From: Pseudovirgaria hyperparasitica | Taxonomy: Eukaryota | Strand: one strand, 5' to 3' | DNA length: 64,000 nt | Assembly (NCBI GenBank): GCA_010093815.1 | Contig: ML996584.1 | In this document: positions 29,128 through 41,908 of the stretch, in pieces | Position numbering within the stretch: position 1 is the first letter of the stretch | Layout of the letters: each line of letters opens with the position of its first letter | Notes under the pieces: generated by a model | What the model saw: the letters and a program-made list of their open reading frames with translations, nothing else | Told to the model about the DNA's origin: nothing | The model's database searches: none | Translations under genes and position numbers: made by a program

Positions 29128-30076
29128 TCACACCGTGGCACCTTTGGCCATGTTTGTGCTAGTACAGGCAGTTGTTCCAGCATCAACAGTCAGTATAGTG
29201 CCTACATATATTCAGTTCATCGGCATAGTCAAACACTCAATCATCTACTGACCAGTGATCCATCGAGCTTCTGGACCAGCTAGAAAACGAACTGCTGACC
29301 CACAGTCCCAGCCACAGCCTTCGGTCTTCAAGAGACTTCGCTCCTTTCTCGCCACACGAGCTTCATCGGACATACCATTTCCGTACATCATTGGGGTATA
29401 CAACATCCCTGATTCAGTACTGGTCAGTCGACTTCAAGCTGAGTATGATGACCTACACACCCGGACAAACGCAGTTGACTCTTATGCCATCCGGGGCATG
29501 ATGCGCTGCCATCGCTCGGGTCATGTTGACGACCGCGCCTTTCGTAGTTGGATACAACAAATGTGGAGTGCCACCTCGAAGTCCCGCGACACTTCCAATA
29601 TTGACAATGCTTCCTCTCACATCGCGATCTCGGTCGTTCTTCATCATGACCGGTATCGCGTATTTGCTCATCAACATGATGCTATTGACGTTGACCTCGA
29701 AACCTCTATTCCATTCGTTCAAGTCCAAGTCGATCGCAGTTCCCTTGGCTCCCACGACTCCGACATTATTGATCAGAATGTCCAAACGGCCGAACTTCTC
29801 GGTTGCAAATTGGACAATACGAGAGCAGTCGTCCGGGTTTGATACGTCGCCGCTGCATGTTGCTGCTTCTGCAAATCCCTCGTTTTGGATCATCTCGACG
29901 GTCTTGTCCGCCCATTCTGTGTTGATGTCGACACAGACGACGTGACAGCCGTCTTCGGCGAGGAGTAATGCTGCCGCTCGACCATTTCCTATGCCTTCGC
30001 CTGCGGAGCCCGCACCTGTCACTATAGCTACTTTAGATGCTAGCGAGCGTGACGGGCGTGATTGGAGGTTTGTCAT
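29128..30076 (-). CDS. Classical SDR (FabG-like oxidoreductase)
   Basis: TGAGSAGEGIG, NNVG, YPTTK and IRVNCVCPG motifs. Two 3' introns (~29410..29457, ~29204..29252) lead to a terminal exon ending GATV*. Confidence 0.88.
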
Positions 30077-30893
30077 GTTCAAAATAGGCAGATTATGTTG
30101 CTAAGAAGCAGTGTTTGACTCTAGTCGTATAGCACTGGTTACATCTACCCATGCGTATTGTCCAGACGGATCCTATAGATCCGCATGTGGGGCAAGTATC
30201 TATGGATGACCCCTCTCTGCTGTCAGGCTACACTTTACTCTCAGTTCGGAGACTAATCCTACTCGTCTTAGTTACACCAAAAGTTTAGTTGTGTATGTAT
30301 ATCATCTGGTCTATGATGTACATCTTCTATTTATTCTTCCTGTAATCATAGCACGGCTGCAGCCTCACACACACCACACTCCTCGGTACAGCACATTCCA
30401 CAGCACCATCTCTAGAGGTCTTGTAATCAGCAGAACACCACGAGTGCCTTAATACCTGATGGACCTTCATGTACATGTGCGGAAATGCAATTATGGCATT
30501 GAGACTCAGTGTCTGGACACCCAATATACACAGCTTCTCTTTCGTTCAGACTACCCTTTGTCGTTGATACTAATGCCAATATAACTCTAGCTTGAACCCC
30601 ACGGTGTCAATACGCGCTCGTAGGAGTCAATTCGAATCATCGGTATCTCATCGTAAATGATCACTGCCTGGGGTTAGTATCAATTACCAAGCGAACTTTG
30701 TAGGCGCCAGTCACGCCATGCGACATGCTTTTATCGTTCAACTGATAATGGCTTGAACATCAATAAACACAATGATCGCAAGGCTCCGTTGGCCTGGTAA
30801 TGCCGAAGGATGTAAGAAGGATTAATATTCCATTTAATGCTCTAATCTGCTAAATTCGGGTGTTATGCCAATCCTCTGCTATCGATCTCTCAC

Positions 30894-32126
30894 TCACACG
30901 CTATTATCCTAGGTTAAATCAAAACGTCATAATCCAAGATTAGGAAGGACTCACAATGTCCTTTTGCACGTAGATACTCCCGAATGGAATGATGCGCTCC
31001 TGGCTATTCCTAACCTCCGGAAGGATCGGAGTCCCCCGTCGGATGTTAGCTATTGAACCGAACTGGGTCTTGAAATTCTGCAAGGGAACGTCCTGGGAGC
31101 TTTCTGGGTTTCGCTTGCTTCCACTGCTGCCGTAGGCGTATTGCCTGCCATAGCCGCTTCGCTTGTGCCGCCGCGAGGTAACGAGGAAACGTAGCGATGG
31201 AAGACACCCGACGATGATTGCTAGTTGTTCATGAGCTTCATTCACTATGCGTCCTGGGAACCCGAGTCTTGACTTACCGATGTTCAACTCCCAGATGGAC
31301 CAAACGCCGACCCATACAGGACTGAAATGCCCAGTCTCGGGACGAGTATTGAGCAGTCTCAGCATGGCAAATACTACGACGAGGAAACTCAGCGAGAAGA
31401 TGATCCCGAGGGCAGTCTTCTGACGCTTGTTGATCTGCAGGTTCCAAAGAAGATTCCACGGTAGCAGCATGATTGCTAGATCGGTGACGATGTCGGCGAC
31501 TCCAGCGAATCGAATCGTCACGACGTGCATCGATCGGTTGTGTTCCGAGTGGCACTTCCCTATCCTTAACATCAGGACGTGCGAAGAACGATAGCAGATG
31601 AACATACCAGGCTTGAAATAGTCACCCGTCTTTCCACAAACGCCAAAAAGCAGCCCAAAGCTGACGAACAGACAACTCATTGTAAATCCAGCCACTGTCC
31701 ACCAATATACCATTGATCTTCCTATAGATATATTCATGAACCGTCTTAGGAATACTAAGATACTGATCTTGACACTCCATAGACCCGTCCAAAACAACAT
31801 GAATAATGCAAACTGGTAGGTTTGCCACATGGCTTGAGTCTCACTCGACTGTTGCGGTCCAAAGCCAAACATCAGATCGATCGCCACTTGATAGATTATA
31901 GCCAGAGCCAGGAAACAAATGAAGCCGAAGACAAGAGCAAAGTCGTCCGCAAAGACGGCATGTTTGATTTTTATCCGGATCCAGATTCGCGCGACTGAAA
32001 ATGTAAATGTAATGGCCACACAGCTCCAGAGCATGGCCTACGTTGTTATCAGTTCGAACGTCAGTCTCGTAGATATCTACTAACCATGAATGCTCTTCTG
32101 GATGGAGTCCCCTCCATGGAAGGCAT
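30894..32126 (-). CDS. Fungal rhodopsin-domain / PTH11-like 7TM protein without CFEM
   Basis: ADD..L, WSVKISIL, DIVTDLAIMLLP..LWNLQ..RQK and WE.NIAIIVGCLP motifs. Introns include 31560..31607 and 31221..31277. Short first and last exons are inferred. Confidence 0.85.
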
Positions 32127-33048
32127 TTTCTGCCTCTGTGTAATGGTCACATCGTGGTCCATCCCATCTACTCTGAAGTCCAATTTCATTATGTGCGCAT
32201 CCAGTGCACTCTACCGGCGAAAATCTTGAACGAAACCGAATGAATCAGAGGAAACCAGCACGAGCGGGGCCCTCAGGAAGATCAATTCATGCAGAGCATA
32301 GATGCCAAACCCGCATAGATTCACCATGCCTGCAAACTATATCATCACCCATCTGGACATTGCTTCGCGGCCCTCATGGATCATGTGCAGGATATAATGC
32401 CCAGATCGCGGCCAAGTAGGACCCAAAAGGTATATAGACCAGCGTCCGACCAGTCGCCCTGGTAGTCACTCTAGGTAGTTGATCATGACGCGGCAGTTAA
32501 TCTACTTCTATTGGCCAACGACATGGGTTGCGCGTAATCCGGTCGTGCATAATCTATACTAGACTCTGATTGCAAGGGGAGGCATAGCTCGTGCCTGTGA
32601 GAAAAGCCGGGGTCTTGTAAGCGATGTGCAGATACAACGGTGTGTACTACGACTGGGCATGAGACCGAGTACTCTTTCAACGTCCGCGATATTATGGGCC
32701 GGTCCAGTATCTCTCGGCGATTCATGAGCTTCCGGACAAGGCTGGTGATGGAATTCCCCGCAATATACATTGCAGCCGCATACGTCGAGTAACTGCGCGA
32801 GTTCTTCCTTCCAAATTCAGTTGTATGTATTGCAGGGGTTGAATGCTTGTCACACTCCGCACGGGTGCTTGCCTTGAAGTGTTGATGGACAATCCCACAT
32901 TCTGCATTCGTCTGAGATGCCCAAAGTGCGCGATTCAACAACGATCATTAGAATTCGATGTACCGCCAGATCCATGCCCGATCCTTTTCGCAGATCGTCT
33001 CATAGTAATGTGTCTATTATGAATATATAGCTATTAGTATAGAGGCTC

Positions 33049-33217
33049 CACGTGCTTTTTTATATGAGAGAGTAAGGAATAAGTCACGCGAAAGTCACGT
33101 GACCTATTATATGATAGCTTACTTAATGTACTCGACCGGAGCCACATGATATAGAACATGATATATCATACGGTAAATCACGAGGTCCATCACGTGATAT
33201 TGAGTCACGTGACTTTC
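33049..33217. promoter_or_regulatory. Cluster of CACGTG (E-box/CDEI-like) sites with a 14-bp inverted repeat
   Basis: Four perfect CACGTG (33049, 33096, 33191, 33206) plus variants. GAAAGTCACGTGAC at 33090-33103 versus GTCACGTGACTTTC at 33204-33217. Function is not established. Confidence 0.5.
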
Positions 33218-33304
33218 TTCTGGTCAATTTCGTCGAATCACCTAATCTCAAGAGGATATCTACCTATCTATATATAACTTCAGTTCAACTCAACTATTAG
33301 CAAC

Positions 33305-34323
33305 TCAATCCCACCCTAGAATTGAATTGGACTGAAGATCCAACCCTTGGCAAGAGGCCTCAGTTGAACTGGACTGAGTCAATCCCGGAGAGGCAGGATT
33401 GAAGTTGGACTGATTGATAGGAACTCTGTTCTGACTGTCCAGGCAGCCTCGCAGGGCTAGAGGATGAGCCTTAGAATCTTCAGACACTGTCTTCAAGTCT
33501 TCTATAATCAGCCATAGGTGGTGTGTACAATTATACACAGAAAAATCAGAGCTTTCAATGGTTGGCTTAACTCCGATCTCTCTGAGATACCCCTCATCCA
33601 AGGTAAGCCGCCGAAAAGCCGCGTCGAATGTCACCCGCTCTGTATCTGGCTTTTTGAAAAACACCAAAGAAGGAAAATGGTGCCATTGACGGCGTTTTAC
33701 AGATCTGCGCTCTTTATTCCAAGCTTCATTACCAGAATTGTTGGCCAACACTGGGAATATCGAGATTAGGTCGGCATATCCAAGAGTGTGTCGGCAAGGT
33801 CTCACTTACCTATGCAACAGAGCCCCGTGGCCCAGTACCGGAGTAGGTCAATGTAGTAGTGCTGTAGGAAACGATATTGTTTTCCTCCATATTCAAAGAC
33901 TGCCGGCAGTTCACGCCCTTTGAGCATTGAGACCATATACTGGAAACCGTCCTTAGTAAACCTGTCTTCGCAATCTTTCCGACATGCAGGTGAGTCTCCT
34001 ATCTTTCCAAGGACATAGTCAAGATGGTCGGTCAAAAACTTATCGTCCACACAGGGATAATTCGCTATATCTATCATGATTGATTCAGGAGGTGGGAAGT
34101 CAGGCAGTGAATGTCCTTGGAACGATGGTCCGGCATAAGGATTGGGTACAAAAGGTGAATGACCTGGGAACGGTGGTCCGGCAAAAGGGTTGGGTACAAA
34201 AGGTGAATGACCTGGGAACGGTGGTCCGGTAAAAGGATTGGGTGCAAGAGGTGAATGTGTTGACATTATGGACTTTTCGTCTTCCTGGTATCCAAGGTCG
34301 TATTCACTGGAGGGGTGTGACAT
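33305..34323 (-). CDS. Orphan hypothetical protein with Pro-rich 16-aa repeats
   Basis: ORFs 33802..34323 and 33305..33805 join in frame through intron 33751..33829 (GTAAGT..CTAAT..CAG). Confidence 0.6.
34107..34257 (-). repeat. 48-nt coding tandem repeat x3
   Basis: GTGAATG recurs at 34107, 34155, 34203 and 34251. Encodes HSP(L/F)xPNP(F/Y)xGPxFxG. Confidence 0.9.
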
Positions 34324-35418
34324 TGTTCAGATTTATTGGGTAGAAAGGCAAAGATTTGTCGTTCAGGGGGTTGTATCGGTAAGAAGGATCTCTGCAGAAG
34401 TGATATTACCTCCGAGAAGATATTCGGTCCTCCTTTTATATCCATTTCGACAGCACGTACGCCAGAGCAGATTCAAGAAATGTACCAAGTAATGCATTCC
34501 GACCCAGATCTGGAACTCTGTGGCAAACCAGATATTTCGCAATGTGTCCAAGTTCTGCGAGTCGATCCTTCTAGTGATTGGGATCCACAAGCGTACAGCA
34601 TTCCGTTTTGTTCTCTTTGACTAAATCGTGGTCGAGGTGTCTAGGGGTTTTGGCGGTCCGGATAGGTTTGAAGAACTTTTCATTCAATACGATCCGAGTG
34701 ATTACACATTTCAGCTGCCAGAATTCGAAGTATCGATTTTCCAAAGTAATATCGTGACATAGTACTCTAGTGTAGCCGTTAGTGTATGAATAGTCAGTTC
34801 CGAACGCAAACAAGATCTAATATCAGAGCTGTGAACGAGCACAGCAGCTCCTGACGGAAGACTAAGCAATTCATACTCGATGGGAACATTCCTTACCAGA
34901 AATGGGAAGTACTGGTGTTGTTTGCAAGTGGAGAACAGGACTTCGTTGCAGGAACGAGAAAACAAACTCAAGGATCGAAGCGGTCATATCAGGATTCTAC
35001 ACGAGCATTCCGTGGCTTTCAAAGCTCAATGTGGAATTTTAATGCTGGACTGCGAATCTGGTGAAACATTGGTATGAAATACCTGGACGCAACTCCGAGA
35101 GCAGGAGCAAGGGGCAAGAGCGCTCGCTTACGATGGCGCCTCATTGTGCAACCATGTACCACTATGGATTACAAGGAAAGGAAGACTACAAGGCATGAAA
35201 TGCCGCAAGGGTTGTTAATAATTAGCACATGTGACTAGTTTCTGGCTTGCTTGTTTATCTCTTTGTCCTACGAAATGACTAGCGCATACCACGTTCCATG
35301 ACGAAGCTACAACTTCATGTTTGTAGATGGAGAAGTGCCGCTGTGATCATATCAGCATTAGTTCTGATTGATACAAAGTGTAACGCTTACCCACACGTTA
35401 CGATATAAATGGAGTCAC

Positions 35419-36274
35419 TCACACGTGGTCGTGGAACCAGTCGAGGAGGATCTTGTACCCACGCTCATACTCGGAGCGAACGCGCTCGTTGTCAAGATCA
35501 CCACTGTGTCAAGTCAGTAGCCACCTTCTGGCAACCCATCTACACAAACTCACCGAGCAGCCATGAATCCATGAACCTGATCATTGAACCACTCCACTCT
35601 CGTCTTGACCTTCAACGCCTTCTCCCATTTCTCCACATCTTCCTTGCTCTCATCCTTACTCGGCAACAGCGCTACCGGAACTGTAATCCCACTCGCATCC
35701 CCGGCGTCTACCATCGCCGGATGCACCGCCGCACCAGCCTTGAAAGGCGTGCCCTGCTGCGTGCTAAGATTCACTATCTTACCACCCCAGCAGTAGCCTA
35801 GAATGCCCCAGTCCTGGATGCCAGTGCTATTCTTCAGCTCATCCAAGATTTTTGGGATACGGCCAACGGTTGTCGGTGGTGCAGCCGTGGTGTTGAAGAA
35901 GTCGCCGAGCTTCTTACCTTTCTCTTCGTTGTCAGGAGGGTACCAAGAAATATCTGCAGGTTTGCCCTCGAAGAAGTCAGGCATAAAGACCTGGTAATTT
36001 TGATGCGAATCACCAGTAGCAAGAATATCGGCGCCTTGAAGAGTCTGTGGGAAATATCCGAAGATATCATAGACGACAAGGATGCCCTTTTTCGCGGAAG
36101 ACGGACCCGTAGTGTAGGTCTTGAGACCGTTAACAGTGGTCCAGGTACCCTTCTCCTTGTAGCCATCTTTGACGACTGGAGGTACGGTACAGCCTGAAGC
36201 GGATCAGCTGATTGGGCATGTTCAATTGAATGGATATGCTTGGACTTACAAGCGTGCGAAGGTGTTTGAGACAT
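35419..36274 (-). CDS. Dienelactone hydrolase family protein
   Basis: ACCTVP, YDIFG, MPDFF, nucleophile GYCWGG, HP and HGFMAAR motifs. Two introns (~36194..36249 and ~35504..35553). Confidence 0.92.
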
Positions 36275-36902
36275 GTTGACGAATCTAGCTTCAGCAATTG
36301 GGGTGAAAAACGGATTGAGTTTCAGTATCCTTGGAATTGGAGATAGAAAGGTTCATGGGCGCAGTACAGAGACATTTTTAAGTAGTCAGGCCACGGATAG
36401 CTAGGTATAGTGGGGCACTGAGGGGGATATCTTACCCTGGACGACGTCGTTGAGGTGTTTTGAGGAGTAGCGTCACATGACGTCATGATACATCATCGCA
36501 GAGCCCTCGGCTCACCGAGATGCTATAGATGGATATCTGCTCAGTAGTTCTAGAGGATCTGAATATTGATTTATCCGAGAGAGGGGTGTTACGGTTCGAT
36601 TAGCCGAAACCAGAGAGCTACGGTAATGGATATTGTAATGATACTTTCTCAACTTCTTCGACTTCCTGATTTAGACCGAGATAGGTGTGATTGTGCTAGT
36701 GCACAAAAGGTTGATGTTTGCCTCAAAAACTAATGATGCGAATGCGTTGCTGATAATATTCGGAGCCTGTGCGCCATAGGGATGTTCTAACCTAGGTAGA
36801 TCACCTTGTAGCCAGCCCCGAGAGAAACCGTCATATCAACATCTCCAGAAACTCCCAGCCAAATAGTCCAGGTAACCAAGTTATATGACCATGTCTATCT
36901 CT

Positions 36903-37634
36903 TCACCAATCTCCCACAAAATTCGCCCATTTCCACTTATTCTTCTCACCTGGCAATCTAGTTTCCCCAATCTCCTTCTCCGTTACTTGGCTCCACTCAT
37001 CCAATGGAATCCACCCAATGTACGCTCTGTCTCCAAACCCGCCAATCCAATATACTTCCTTCACGACCAGCCGCACGAATTTTGACTCATGGATTCTGTT
37101 TCCCGGTAGCCACGCCGCAGCATCTGGATGTGTCTTTACAAAACATCCCTCCACGCCTAACTTGTTCATTTCGTCTTTCTCAATGTCCTCCAGATACCCG
37201 ACCAGGCTAAATCGCGGCATGCTAGCCGCACTATACGGTGTGCCCGCAGGGTACGGCGGGTGCCAGCGCAAGCTCAGCGTGATATTACTCCCAGCATCAA
37301 CATTCTTAAAGGAAGTAGCAATACCAATGGCGAGTATAGTAGGGTTGCCATGAGCCTCGCAGTCGGCGAAGTAGTCCATGAGGCCGACAGGGGTGCCTTG
37401 GACATCGGAAGGGCGGCGCTCGAAAGGAGCGATCGAGGACGAGGAGGGGAAGATGGTCGAGAGAGTACCGATTGTCTCGAGGCGTAGGATGCGGCGGGCC
37501 TGCACTGCGGATTCATGGATTGTTGGAATGGACCAACCTTCTTCGGAGAGGGGGTTCGTGAAGATGGTTTGCGGGCTGGGAAGGAGGGAGGCGGCGATTG
37601 GGCCGACGAGAAGGCTGAGCAGAATGAGCCGCAT
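36903..37634 (-). CDS. Secreted CREG-like / pyridoxamine-5'-phosphate oxidase-like split-barrel protein
   Basis: Signal peptide, ESAVQARRIL, GLMDYFADC, PRFSLVG, CFVKTHPDA..W and YWIGGFGD motifs. Single exon. Confidence 0.85.
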   Translation of the reverse strand: MRLILLSLLVGPIAASLLPSPQTIFTNPLSEEGWSIPTIHESAVQARRILRLETIGTLSTIFPSSSSIAPFERRPSDVQGTPVGLMDYFADCEAHGNPTILAIGIATSFKNVDAGSNITLSLRWHPPYPAGTPYSAASMPRFSLVGYLEDIEKDEMNKLGVEGCFVKTHPDAAAWLPGNRIHESKFVRLVVKEVYWIGGFGDRAYIGWIPLDEWSQVTEKEIGETRLPGEKNKWKWANFVGDW

Positions 37635-38873
37635 GTTGCTCTAATGGTATTTTCTGCTCTATCAGATAACAGACGTAAGAAATAGAGATGCAGAGAGCAC
37701 TTGATAATTGGTGGTGAAGTGGTCAGGTCGGAAAGAAGCCATCTATCGAGAGACGGACGCTCTCGTCTTTGTTCGCCGAGCCTGGGCAACCTCGGAGGGG
37801 CATCCTAGACAGTATATCCTTGCAAAAGAAGATCTTATCAATGGTGCAAGGTGCAGTTTCATTGCTAACACTGATGGGCATCATGGTGAAGCATCTATTA
37901 ACCAGGAGCTACATTTGGTACATAAGTTACACAAGCTGCTTAAACATTCGGGCTGAGATCTTATCTTATCAATCTCCATTTCGACGTCTCCAGGGCTGAA
38001 GATGTTGTACAACGAACTATTACTCCGAGATCAAGGCCACACGATTTCGGTCTCTGTATCTTACGTCACTTTCTTCGTCTGCTGCTGCAGGCACGAACAG
38101 AATAGCGATCAAGATCAAGATCGAGTTATCTGGGGTAACCATTAGCATCGGGGCTATGGCCTGGTGATGTCAGTTGTCTAAGACAACTGACTCGTATATA
38201 GCTCCCGTCCTTGGCATAACGGCGTTCTACCCCCCCAAAAGTGTAGGTTGTCTAGTGAGGGCTGAAGGCCCAAACTGGCGGCTGACTGACTGTGGGTGAG
38301 AGTGAGTTGGAACATCTGATGGATCTGATCGATTATCTATAGTGGTTGAGTTGGTCGGGAGAAGCAAGCCACCTACGCCACATGCTGAGCGGCTTGGCAA
38401 GAAGCCACCGCGTCCATGGATGGATCCAAGGTTTATCCTTGAGTCTCGCGCGAACCTCAATATGGGACTCGATACTCGCAACGGGCGCTACACACGATCC
38501 AGCAGACGAAGACGCAGTGATGTGCTTGTACATGCGGATCGCTGGGCTCAACGGAGTCTTACCATGCAGGAATCAACTTGTCATATGGCCATGTGCCACC
38601 GCCGCCATCTCGAGCGCGGGTTCATGCACTGCACGACGTGTGGCGTGCAGTCCGGGCATGCCCATGCCTTGTTTTCAGAGCAGTGAGGAACATCTTTTCC
38701 ACACTTACCGTTCCCCGTTTGCGTTCGTCACTGTCCTCGTGCCAGTTTTTTCCTTTTGGCTGACGGATTCACAGTGGCCTGCAGCCTTGTGATTTAGAGA
38801 CCTAGCCAACCCCGCGCCATACCTGCCACCAGGCATCCTTGGTTAAACTTGGGAGTCCGTGGAACACTATGCC

Positions 38874-41800
38874 ATGATGCCGTTCTGGACCAGAAAGAAT
38901 AAGCCGAACCCAGTGGTTGATCGTCGTGGTGTGGCGCAACAGATCGAGAGATCCAGATCCGGCTTACGGAAGAGAATCGGGATTCTGCTGAAGGGCAAGC
39001 GACACTCAGACATGGCAATTACTTCTCATAAGAATGTCTCGGTAAGTCCTGACTTTTTGGATTCCTTCGTCTGCAGCAGCTACGTGCATGCACCAGTGCC
39101 AGCCTTGGAGCCAGAAAGCCAGCCTCAGCTTGGCTGTCGCCGCCGTCCATGAATCTCTACTTACCTCTCTCCTGTGTACAGGACTCTCACATTGCTGACA
39201 CCAAACTGTCGAAGTTACCTTCGATCAGTTCTCACTCCCTTCGTCCTACTCCACACGGATGTAGCTCGATTTATAGTCCAAATAGCGGACAAATCTCGAG
39301 CAATGAGACCAGTTCACCGCCCAAGCCTGACGAAGCGAAGATTGAACGTGTGAAAATGCTCGGACAGGAGGATTTCCATACCTTATACTCAGGTGCACCA
39401 CACTTCACAGTTGGTAGATGGTACACCAGGCCACTGCCTCAAGTCACCTTCCCATGGAACAAAGGGGTTCAGGTGCAGGACCTCCGAGACTGTACTCCAC
39501 CAGCGCATGCTGCATTCTCACTCGCGACATCACGTCGACATACACACAAGATGGATACCGAAGATGAGGAAGACAAGGTACATATTGGGTACGAGATCAG
39601 CATCGAGGAGGTACCCAGCATGCTCAGTGTCACTGGTCTTGAACCTGGCACCATTGGCTACGAACATTTTCTGGAAATTCCTATATCGGACAACTATGTC
39701 GATATTGATGAGTACAAGGCTTCTGGTGGTCTGTCTGAAGCAAAAAGAAATATTGAGCTACTGCTACACAACCCTGAACGCCTCGGGATCCGGAGTATGC
39801 AATCTCAGGACATCAACGAGCGACTCATCGAACTAAGTGAAATGTATCAAACATTAAAGGCTAAAGGGGGAAATGCAACTATTCTCGACGAGCAAACTCC
39901 AGCCACTCTGTACACTGTCCTGTTTGGAAAGTTTTTGACTCCGCCGCGATACGACCCAAACACAAGAGATCCAACAGGCTTAAAAGTCCAAATCGAAACG
40001 TTGATTAAGGTTCTGAAACTTAAAGGAGTGTGGTTCGACTTTAGTCTAGTAGAATGGCGTATCAAGCTTGGGCAATTGATTTGGGCTAGTGGTAATGCTC
40101 AAGGTTCAACAGAAGATGTCAACTCCACAGACAAAGCGCATGAATGGACGGATAGAGACACTTTCGTTCTTCAGCTATCGCTGGCGTGTGAGCTCCTACT
40201 TCGGCTTGATGCCGTCAGTGCTATGAGTTCGCCGGAGGTCGTGCAGAAGATGGCGCTTACACAGGCAGAAGTCGAAAGTTTCACAAAGATCAAGACTCGC
40301 AAAACAGACTGGGATCTCCTCCTAGCGAGAAGGTTCCTAGACGATATCCATGTGATGCTAGAAATGCCGCAACTACCAGTATCACCCAAAAAGCGCGGCT
40401 TCTTCTCCGCAATTTCTTCTGAACCCGAATCGCCTCAAGCAGAACAAAGGCCAATACTTGTGTTTGCCCCAAGGCATCCGTCAAGGCAATTTTCGGGCCT
40501 CTTGTTCTTTGCGAATCAATTGCTTTGGCCGAATATGGACCATATCTCGTCGGATTTATCTCGTAAACTTGGTTTGCCTAAGCAAGACGAGCACGCAAAA
40601 GTGGGTGACCCGCGTAAGGCGGTTAATCCAGTAATAGCAACCTTAGGAACATCTTCATCGAGCATATACAGTACTCCCGTCGCTACTCCGCGAGCTCTGT
40701 TGAACAATCGCAATAGCTATTTCAACATCGCACCCGTCCGTCCTTCCCTTAGCCGAGGAAATTCAGCATTGTCCATCCAATTGAGACCATCGAACCAAAC
40801 AGACGAGGCTCTAGGCAACCCAATCGATATTGGTGGTTGGCTGTCTCGCGCTTACCTGACGGGCTTCGTTCTTCCTGGAGAAGCTTTGCCACACTTGCTG
40901 ATTAGCACTCTACTAGAGAATGACTCATCTGCCATTACAGCTCTTGGCGATGCTGCTAACCTGTATGGCGCCTTCATATACGCCGGCAGTAGTTGGTGGA
41001 GTAAGAGCTGCGTAGCTGGCCGCGTCCTTGCGGCAGCCGAAGGGTCCAAGGAATGTATGGGTTGGATCAGAGCATTGATCGTCCCTGAGGGTTTCGAAGA
41101 TCGCTGGCTTGATATCACCTTCAAAGACGTTGATGTGCCAGATCGCCTTGGAGATGCCGTACAGAAAAGCGGGGGATTCATCAAGAATGGAGATATCAAG
41201 GACGCTCATTCGGACGACTTCACACTACCTTTAGACGATGATGCAAATTCGGCATATCGTGGGGCCATCAAGTTCCTTGAACTGAGACTAGAGACCGCGA
41301 CGGAGATGCAAAATTCACTTCACGCATCCTCAAATCCACAACATCCTGCTGTACCCTCCGCTGATCATTATGAAGCCAAAGAGTATGGCGTTTCTCTTCG
41401 ATTTTCCTTTACACCGGCAGAGGTTTACGACACAGCATCTGTCAGTACTCCTGATTCAGACATCAATCACGATCTCGACGACCGTGATGCCTCACCACCA
41501 ATCCCGCACACCATGGAATTCACCGTATACATCACGTTCGATGTTCACTTTATCTCAGCCTTTCCTTGCATACCGCCTTCCGCTTCGAAGATTTCTGTAC
41601 TCTTACCAAATTCTACGCCTCCGCCCTCCAAAATTAAAGGACAAATACACGCGCATCCTCTACACTCCAGCCACTCTTTCCAGATTGTTCCCGCCTCGGC
41701 TCTATACCACAATAACCCTGTCCCGAAAGACGATATTCTCGTGGTCCAATGTCAGAGCTCAGACGAGCAAGTTTTATCAAGAGCGTGGTGTGCCCAGACT

Positions 41801-41908
41801 GGACATCACGCCTTGATCTCTAGGCAGGGTCGTACTTGTCTAAGCTGTGCAATCAGAGAAGCTGGAGCGTTGGGTGTGAAGGTTGTTATTAGGATGATCA
41901 AAGCATGA
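38874..41908 (+). CDS. Large conserved hypothetical protein (~965 aa)
   Basis: 919-aa ORF joined in frame to upstream exon MMPFWTRK.. via intron 39042..39181. C-terminus RAWCAQ..RTCLSCAIREA. Confidence 0.8.

Noticed and set aside
34107..34257. Periodic repeat as a CRISPR-like array
   Set aside because: Units are contiguous with no unique spacers, they are in frame in a eukaryotic CDS, and there are no cas genes.
36585..36610. GGTTCGAT resembling a tRNA T-loop
   Set aside because: No cloverleaf stems or A-box can be built around it.
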